A model generated the notes under the pieces. It was not told where the DNA came from, searched no databases, and saw nothing but the letters and a program-made list of their open reading frames with translations. A program made the translations under genes and the position numbers. DNA of 21,654 bases from Candidatus Micrarchaeota archaeon (GTDB lineage Archaea; Micrarchaeota; Micrarchaeia; Norongarragalinales; SBBD01). The stretch spans positions 1-21,654 of the forward strand of contig JBDRLB010000071.1 in assembly GCA_043813365.1 (NCBI GenBank), given 5' to 3'. The stretch's first letter is position 1, and every line of letters begins with the position of its first letter. Of the stretch, positions 15,599 to 21,654 are shown piece by piece.

Positions 15599-16234
15599 TT
15601 ATTGTACGGCGTTCTTCACGATGATGATATCCTTCTTCCTTTCCGGGTAGGGCACGATGAAATCGCGGTCATAAACATCCACCCGCCTTGCATCCGCATC
15701 GGTTTCCGCGTAAATGATGAATTTCCCGTTCACCGGCAATTTCCTGAATTCCGCCAATCCGTCTGCACCAATTGGGGAAGCATAGTTCGGTTTGTAATTT
15801 TCCGGGGACAGAAGCAGAATTTCCGCATCCTTCAATACGCTGCCATCGGGAAGCATTATAGCGATGCTCACATCAGCTTCCTTCATCTCGAAAGTGTAAA
15901 CCCCAACTGAGAAAATGGGAAGGATGGCTGCGATAATCACCAGAAGAGTGATTCCAATTATGGGAAGCGGCGGCATTCCCCTGCTTTGCGCGTATTTGGA
16001 AAGCCTATCGAGTGGGGGCATTTTTTTATACGAGTGGAATTCGGATTTCGGGTAAGCTGCAGGCTTGAAATCAGGAATGTTTAGAGGGGGAATGATTGGG
16101 GGCTCGTGTTTATTTTTCTCCCTGCTTTCCCTTTCGCCAGCCTGCTTTGCATCAAGTTTCTTCCTTGTGAAAAGATGATGGAGCGGCTTCCTTGCTTGCG
16201 CCTGCTTGTGCGATGGGGCGGGTTTGCGGGCCAT
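15599..16234 (-). CDS. Membrane protein with one carboxypeptidase-regulatory-like domain
   Basis: Basic/Pro-rich N-terminus, TM (PIIGITLLVIIAAILPIF), then VSIAIMLPDGSVLKDAEI...GADGLAEFRKLP. Confidence 0.75.
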   Translation of the reverse strand: MARKPAPSHKQAQARKPLHHLFTRKKLDAKQAGERESREKNKHEPPIIPPLNIPDFKPAAYPKSEFHSYKKMPPLDRLSKYAQSRGMPPLPIIGITLLVIIAAILPIFSVGVYTFEMKEADVSIAIMLPDGSVLKDAEILLLSPENYKPNYASPIGADGLAEFRKLPVNGKFIIYAETDADARRVDVYDRDFIVPYPERKKDIIIVKNAVQ

Positions 16235-16360
16235 GAAAAAAGAACGCTAAGGTGGAATATAATACTTGGGAAAAAAGGGGTAAAATGGCTACCACCATCC
16301 AAATTCGATTTTTTTTACCCTTTTTCCTTTGCAAAGACATTCCGGAATGAAGGCAACCCA

Positions 16361-16669
16361 TCAAATTTTATGGAATAGGATTAGGGGCACGCGTTCTGTT
16401 TTGCCCAAGGTCGGCCCGACGGATTCGACATGGGTATCAATGCCATGAAGCGCAATGAAACGCCTCGCAAGGTTGATTGCATAATCCCTGTGTTCAATTT
16501 TGGTATAATTCAAGCCCCTTAACTGGACGCCGGTTTTGAGCTCGCCCACATGGCGGATTCCATTTAGCTCTAAAAACCTGTGGAAATGGAAAAATATGTC
16601 CTCGCGGGGTTGCCGCACAACCGGCTTAAGAGCCTCCAATGCCTTCAATTCCACTTCATTTTCTCCCAT
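16361..16669 (-). CDS. Hypothetical protein
   Basis: ORF of about 102 aa co-oriented in a run of minus-strand genes. ATG 16669 is preferred; the GTG at 16681 is an alternative. Confidence 0.6.
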   Translation of the reverse strand: MGENEVELKALEALKPVVRQPREDIFFHFHRFLELNGIRHVGELKTGVQLRGLNYTKIEHRDYAINLARRFIALHGIDTHVESVGPTLGKTERVPLILFHKI

Positions 16670-16702
16670 GGGAACACGCACTTTTTTTATTAAAAAACGT
16701 AA

Positions 16703-17038
16703 TCACGCCATCCTCCTTGGAAGCGGATAAATCGCGCCGCACTTCTTGCAGATTTTTTCCTTATGTTTCCAGTTGAAATCGAAATCAACGCCTCCGCAGT
16801 CCGCGCAGCCGCGAACCTCCGTCTTGTGGAAGTCCCTCCAGCCCTCCTTCCCCTCCCTTCCGACGAAAGAGGTATGCGAAAAAGCGACCTTTTCCTTGTG
16901 ATGCGTAGTAACAGGCGCCTTGTCATCAAATTTCCTCTTCTCAAACGCCCTCCGTATTTTCCTGCTGGAGCACCGCGGGCAGTTCTGCGGGTCTTCAGAA
17001 TCAAATTGCAGCTTGCAGTTTTCGCATTCGTACTTCAT
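16703..17038 (-). CDS. Double zinc-ribbon protein (C-terminal TFIIB-type ribbon)
   Basis: Four CxxC motifs: CENC/CPRC and CADC/CKKC. The second pair has TFIIB-like spacing (CxxCG-x13-ICxxCGxI). Confidence 0.8.
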   Translation of the reverse strand: MKYECENCKLQFDSEDPQNCPRCSSRKIRRAFEKRKFDDKAPVTTHHKEKVAFSHTSFVGREGKEGWRDFHKTEVRGCADCGGVDFDFNWKHKEKICKKCGAIYPLPRRMA

Positions 17039-17051
17039 CTTATCATCCTTT

Positions 17052-18008
17052 TTATAGAAGCTCCAAAACCCCTTCCCTCAATGGGATGGAACTCCTGAAA
17101 TGCAGCATTTTCTGCGCCTTTGCCGTATTGAAAACGCGGCGGTCGGCTAACGTATGAACATATTCCTTAAAAATTTTTGGCTTTTTGCCTAAAAGCCGGT
17201 AAATTGCGGAAATCCCCTCAATTGCCCTAGCTGCAACGGCCTTTGGCACATGCAATTTCGGGGCGGGCACGTGCAACGCCTTCGCAAGGATTGCATACAT
17301 CTGCTCCTGCGTAAGCCTCTCGGAAGATGCGACGATGAAATCCTCATTCTCAACTTTGGAATTGATGCACAGTTCGAGCGCCTTCACCAAATCCCCTATA
17401 TTAATATGGGGGATCGGATTGTCCCCTTTCCCGATAATCACCATCCTTCCCCTCTTAATCATTTTGATGACGCGAGAGAACCCCTCCGTGAACCCTTTCC
17501 CGTAAACTATTGGGGAGCGCAATATGATGTAAGGGATTCCGCTTTCCTTGAGGGCATTCTCCGCCAGCAGTTTGCTCCTTCCGTACGCGTTGAGGGGGCA
17601 TGGTTTGGTTTTTTCGCCCACGATTTCCTCTTTCACTCCCCGATAAATGGATGTGGAGGAGAGGAAGATGAATTTCGGCGGCTTCTTCTGCAATTTCGCA
17701 GCGCGGATGAGCATTTCCGTGCCGCGGTAATTGAGCCGCATCAATTTCTCATCAGGTGCGCCGTAATCGATCAACGCGGCAAGGTGGGCTATTTCATCAA
17801 CTCCCTTGCACGCCTCCGCAATTGCTATAAAATCATGCCCGGAAGAGAGGTCCGCCTCCGCGATCTGCACATTTTTTCCAAATGCCCTTCCTGCCTCCTC
17901 CCGTTTACGCACCAGCACCCTGATTTTATTGCGCCATTTCTTCCCCTTCAGCAGCGCTTCAATTAACGCCCTTCCCACTTTCCCTGTTGCACCAGTCACA
18001 AGAAGCAT
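17052..18008 (-). CDS. NAD-dependent epimerase/dehydratase (extended SDR)
   Basis: Rossmann motif VTGATGKVG, HLAA, FLSS and catalytic YGRSK (YxxxK). Confidence 0.92.
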   Translation of the reverse strand: MLLVTGATGKVGRALIEALLKGKKWRNKIRVLVRKREEAGRAFGKNVQIAEADLSSGHDFIAIAEACKGVDEIAHLAALIDYGAPDEKLMRLNYRGTEMLIRAAKLQKKPPKFIFLSSTSIYRGVKEEIVGEKTKPCPLNAYGRSKLLAENALKESGIPYIILRSPIVYGKGFTEGFSRVIKMIKRGRMVIIGKGDNPIPHINIGDLVKALELCINSKVENEDFIVASSERLTQEQMYAILAKALHVPAPKLHVPKAVAARAIEGISAIYRLLGKKPKIFKEYVHTLADRRVFNTAKAQKMLHFRSSIPLREGVLELL

Positions 18009-18058
18009 GAATCCGTTAGGGGAGGGGTTTTTATTTAACCTTCCTTTAGTTTTCCAAT

Positions 18059-18844
18059 ATGGCTAATGCCGAGAAGGTGGAGAGCATCAGGGGAGGGGCG
18101 CGCAAGGTGCTGCTGTTCACGCTGCTGCTCATAAGCGGATACGCAATATTCGCATTCATCCTCTTCGAGAAGTATACGCCGTTCGACGCGCTTTACGAGA
18201 CGGTTTGTTCCCTCACTTTGGGGAAGTGCACGCTCGACTATTCGTTCCCGACGAAGGTCGGGTCGCTTTTCCTTGCGCTCTCCAGCTGGCTCGTGTTCGC
18301 CGTGCTGGTTGAGTTTGTCACGGGGTATGTTGTCAATTTGGAGCTGGGTGAGAGAAGAATGAGAAAAAGAATCGAAGGGATGAAAAATCACATCGTCGTC
18401 TGCGGCTATGGCGATCTGGGGAAAACGGCTTGCGAATTGTTCAGGCATTCCAAGGAAGAAGTGGTTGTCGTTGATCTGGCGGACAAGGCAATTGAAAACC
18501 TGAAGGATTCGGGGATACCATTTGTGCAGGGCGATGCACTGCAAATTGAGACGCTAAAAAAAGCGGGAATCGCAAGGGCGAAGGTGATTGTCTGCGCCCT
18601 TAATAACGACTCAAACAACGTATTTTTGGTGCTTACTGCGAAAGAGCTGAACAAGGGAATGAAAATAGCCAGCAGGGCGTTCTCAGAGCAATCGGTTGGG
18701 AAATTGCATGGAGCGGGCGCTGACATAATAGTGATGCCCGAAATACTCGGCGGGATGGAGCTCGCTAAGCAGGCGCTCAATTTGCAACACCACAGCCTGA
18801 AGGATGCGTTCGGCGGAAAAGTGTTCATTTCACAGAAGAAATAG
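18059..18844 (+). CDS. Two-TM ion-channel protein with RCK_N (TrkA-N) domain, MthK-like
   Basis: TM1, pore helix PFDALYETV, TM2, then NHIVVCGYGDLG, GDA, LKKAGI..A, D.NN....LTAKELN and GAD.I..PE RCK motifs. Confidence 0.9.
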   Translation: MANAEKVESIRGGARKVLLFTLLLISGYAIFAFILFEKYTPFDALYETVCSLTLGKCTLDYSFPTKVGSLFLALSSWLVFAVLVEFVTGYVVNLELGERRMRKRIEGMKNHIVVCGYGDLGKTACELFRHSKEEVVVVDLADKAIENLKDSGIPFVQGDALQIETLKKAGIARAKVIVCALNNDSNNVFLVLTAKELNKGMKIASRAFSEQSVGKLHGAGADIIVMPEILGGMELAKQALNLQHHSLKDAFGGKVFISQKK

Positions 18845-18922
18845 GAATTCTTCTGGACCGTCCGATTGGCAGCTATACCGATAATAACAAGACTTTTAAA
18901 CACTCAAATTCTTTATTTAAAT

Positions 18923-19615
18923 ATGGATATGAAAATAATTGTAGGCGTCGTTGTTCTTCTTGTTATCGGGATCATAGTATATTTTGGAGGTTTTCTTAAT
19001 TCGGAACCAGTCACAAGCCTTCCCGAATGCGACTCTCTTATTCCGGGCACTTTGGGATTAAATATTGAAAAGTGCTATTTGGAAAAGGCTGTTGAACGGC
19101 AAGACCTTTCGATTTGCAATAAATTAAGCTACCATCAGGATTCAAAGGACGAATGCTATCAAAACGTTGCAGCAATCAAGGAGGATTTGTCAATTTGTGA
19201 GAAAATTTCGGAATACAGGGCAAAGTTCTATTGTTATCAGAAAGTTGCGGTTGCAACAAAAGATGAATCGATTTGTGAAAAAATAACCAACGAAGGGATG
19301 GACGACTGTTTGGAGGGGGTGGCATTCCAAAAAACAGATATTTCATTATGCAAGAGGATGGTTAATGTAGCTAAAACAGAACGCTGTATGAGCGGAATCG
19401 CCAAGGCGAGCAAGGATACATCAATATGTTTGGAGATTTCCTCCGACAAAGGAAAAGTATCTTGTTACACCGGAATTGCCCAAAGCAAAAATGACACCAG
19501 TGTTTGCAATCTTGCTCAGGGGATTAAGGCAGAAGGAAACGAAGATGGAAAAATCTTTTGCTTACGAAGTTATGCGTTAAATGAAGAGTTCAGGGCTATT
19601 TCAAAAGGTGGTTAA
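18923..19615 (+). CDS. Membrane-anchored/secreted Cys-rich repeat protein
   Basis: N-terminal hydrophobic anchor and six C-x4-A-x4-D-x-S-x-C repeats. Start is ATG 18923 or 18929. Confidence 0.85.
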   Translation: MDMKIIVGVVVLLVIGIIVYFGGFLNSEPVTSLPECDSLIPGTLGLNIEKCYLEKAVERQDLSICNKLSYHQDSKDECYQNVAAIKEDLSICEKISEYRAKFYCYQKVAVATKDESICEKITNEGMDDCLEGVAFQKTDISLCKRMVNVAKTERCMSGIAKASKDTSICLEISSDKGKVSCYTGIAQSKNDTSVCNLAQGIKAEGNEDGKIFCLRSYALNEEFRAISKGG

Positions 19616-19616
19616 G

Positions 19617-19934
19617 ATGAGTGACACTTACAAGAACATTTCAATAGTTATTTTGCTTATTGCGGTTATTAGCGTAGTCGCTAACCTCTACCTCAAATAT
19701 ACGACATGGTATTCGAGTGGGCATCAATGTACAAACTTGTGTGGGATAACGGACACGCTTGGCTTGATATCATCCCTAATTGGGTTAATCTTTAGCTTTT
19801 ATATTTCAAATAAGGCAAAAACCAACCCTGAAATTGAAGGAAAGGGGATTTTTGGCATTTCCTGGAAAATCTGCATAGTTTTGCTCATTCTTTGGCTATT
19901 CAACTGGTTGGGCATTTTCCTGCCTTCACGATAA
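19617..19934 (+). CDS. Small 3-TM hypothetical membrane protein
   Basis: Starts 1 nt after the upstream stop with a GGTGG SD. Three hydrophobic segments, with CTNLC in the first loop. Confidence 0.7.
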   Translation: MSDTYKNISIVILLIAVISVVANLYLKYTTWYSSGHQCTNLCGITDTLGLISSLIGLIFSFYISNKAKTNPEIEGKGIFGISWKICIVLLILWLFNWLGIFLPSR

Positions 19935-20114
19935 AAGGCTAAACAAGTAGGGAAGACGGTCCTGATTTATAGCGCCCAAAATGCCACTTTTTGAGCAAAT
20001 ATGCGACTTCATGAGCAAGTTCAGGACGTACCGGCAAAATAGATTTTGTAAGCAAAGCTAATCCAACCATCCTGTTTTTATTCGCCATTCCGGATTATTA
20101 TAAGAGGTTAACGC

Positions 20115-20936
20115 ATGACCGACTTCTCTTATTTCATTGCCATCATTGCAGCACTTTTCCTAGCTAGCATAGCCGCGCGCTTCGAGCTGCTTTCAGAGGG
20201 AGGGATATTCGCGGCCGTACTCATCGGGCTTACCATTTACTTCTTCGGCGGCTGGAACTGGTTCATGATACTCGCGGTTTTCTTCATAATTGCAAGCAGC
20301 TTCACCAAATACCGCATTTCCGAGAAACGCGAGGTCAACCGCGAATTCGCCAAAGGGGGGGTGAGGGATTTCTGGCAGGTTGCTGCTAACGGCGCTCTCG
20401 GGGCGCTCATTGCGGTGATCAACACTTTTTACCCCACCAACACCTCCTACTTCGCATTTTTGGGCGTGATTGCAGCTGCAACTGCGGACACGTTGGCAAC
20501 TGAAATCGGCGTTCTCAGCAAGGAGGCTTATTTGATAACGAACCTGAAGAAGGTTGAAAAGGGGGTTTCCGGCGCCATCTCCAAATTGGGCACTGCAGCT
20601 GCGATTTCAGGCTCCCTCCTCATAGGTTTGGTTGCGGTAATCCTTTCAAACTATTTCATGGAGCCCGCAATCGACCCGGTGTTCCTTCTCCTCATACCCC
20701 TTATAGCCGGAACGTTCGGCGCCCTTCTTGACTCCTTCCTCGGCGCAACTGTGCAGGTGATGTACTGGTGCCCCAAATGCAAAAAACAGACGGAGAGGGA
20801 GGTGCACAAATGCAACTCCAAAACAACTTATTACAAGGGAATACGGAACATTAACAACGACACTGTAAACCTGATTTCAACAATCGGAGCTGGTTTGCTT
20901 GCCGCCGGATTGTACCAGCTGCTGAAGGGTTATTGA
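20115..20936 (+). CDS. DUF92 (TMEM19-like) membrane protein
   Basis: RDFWQVAANG, AAATADTLATEIG, GVSGAIS.LG, DSFLGATVQ, CPKC...HKC and NNDTVNL motifs. Confidence 0.92.
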   Translation: MTDFSYFIAIIAALFLASIAARFELLSEGGIFAAVLIGLTIYFFGGWNWFMILAVFFIIASSFTKYRISEKREVNREFAKGGVRDFWQVAANGALGALIAVINTFYPTNTSYFAFLGVIAAATADTLATEIGVLSKEAYLITNLKKVEKGVSGAISKLGTAAAISGSLLIGLVAVILSNYFMEPAIDPVFLLLIPLIAGTFGALLDSFLGATVQVMYWCPKCKKQTEREVHKCNSKTTYYKGIRNINNDTVNLISTIGAGLLAAGLYQLLKGY

Positions 20937-20951
20937 TTTTTACACCGAAAC

Positions 20952-21227
20952 CTACCTGAACACCACATACGCCCAAATCAGGTTCTTCTTGAAATGATCC
21001 AGATATTGCCTTTCTTCCAGAATATGGACGCCCGGCTCCCTCCTTATCATATTCTCGCTCTTCGCACCCTCAATATAGGGAATTAGGACGGCCTTGAAAT
21101 GCCTTCTCGCATAATCCATCCTCTTCCTGTGGAGCATTGGGCCAATCCCCCCAAACAGTTTCCGTTCAGCATGGGTCAGGAAGAGGCAGATTTGAAACTC
21201 GCGGGAAACGGCCAATTTTCGAACCAT
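20952..21227 (-). CDS. Hypothetical protein
   Basis: 91-aa ATG ORF that fills the gap between DUF92 and the barstar-like gene. No recognised motif. Confidence 0.45.
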   Translation of the reverse strand: MVRKLAVSREFQICLFLTHAERKLFGGIGPMLHRKRMDYARRHFKAVLIPYIEGAKSENMIRREPGVHILEERQYLDHFKKNLIWAYVVFR

Positions 21228-21308
21228 TAAGGAAAACTGGGGGAGCGATTCGGATGAAAAATATCCCCATAAGTATAGTTAATAAACGACGATAAAGATG
21301 AACATATT

Positions 21309-21632
21309 ATGGAAATTCACGTAGATTTATTTGGTTGCAAGGATAGCGAGGATGTCCAATTGAGATTCGGGGAAATCTTCCAGTTTGGTGGCCCAAAAGG
21401 AAATATTGCTGCAAAAGCAGATGTAATGGATATTGGATGGGGAATAAATTGGGATGCATTTATCGATTGTTTGCGGGATTTGGAAGTTGGAGGCATATGG
21501 GGCAGCGCAAAAAAAGTCGTATTTCCGCTTAAGATCAAAATCCTAAACTACCAAGAATTTCTCGCACTAGATACCAAAGGATTCCAAATTTTTAAATTAC
21601 CTACGCCTAAAGGCGTAGGATTTCCCCGTTAA
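21309..21632 (+). CDS. Barstar-family protein, C-terminus probably replaced by IS-derived sequence
   Basis: WGINWDAFIDCLRDL matches the barstar G-x-N-x-D-A-x-x-D-x-L motif. The last residues KLPTPKGVGFPR are read from the hairpin. Confidence 0.75.
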   Translation: MEIHVDLFGCKDSEDVQLRFGEIFQFGGPKGNIAAKADVMDIGWGINWDAFIDCLRDLEVGGIWGSAKKVVFPLKIKILNYQEFLALDTKGFQIFKLPTPKGVGFPR

Positions 21633-21654
21633 TAAGATGTGAGGGTGCGCTGCC
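21592..21654 (-). mobile_element. Probable right end of an IS200/IS605-family (TnpB-type) element, continuing beyond the window
   Basis: The minus strand reads GAAATCCTACGCCTTTAGGCGTAGGTAATTTAA, a perfect hairpin (21600-21619) followed by a short tail. This resembles the typical right-end pattern GAATCCCCCGCCTTTAGGCGGGGGAGGATGTCAA. Confidence 0.65.

Noticed and set aside
17250..18903. ORFs 17250-17966(+), 18035-18544(-) and 18406-18903(-)
   Set aside because: Antisense to the well-supported epimerase and channel genes.
18866..18922. Upstream TTG start for the Cys-repeat gene
   Set aside because: The region is AT-rich promoter-like sequence. The ATG at 18923/18929 directly precedes the hydrophobic anchor.

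Overview
Chromosomal window from an archaeon, most likely a DPANN lineage such as Micrarchaeota or Diapherotrites. This is inferred from archaeal uL1/uL10(P0)/P1 ribosomal proteins, GGTG(A) Shine-Dalgarno motifs, TATA boxes and orphan-rich content. In order it holds: the end of the rpl1-rpl10-rpl12 operon; small membrane and hypothetical genes; mscL; a PsbP-like membrane protein; acylphosphatase; a basic orphan; a 3243-aa membrane-anchored surface protein with a short paralog upstream; a double zinc-ribbon protein; an NAD-dependent epimerase; an MthK-like channel with a non-canonical filter; an AT-rich Cys-repeat/membrane pair; DUF92; and a barstar-like gene apparently cut by an IS200/IS605-type right end at the window edge. 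Three signals are not explained by the annotation. (1) The rpl12 3' end is duplicated 142 bp downstream with only synonymous differences, forming a micro-[18 protein letters not shown]. (2) A ~60-bp palindromic element sits between those copies and recurs, inverted, upstream of the giant gene amid further local duplications. (3) The giant protein has a distal hydrophobic/coiled-coil module that could act on a host membrane.
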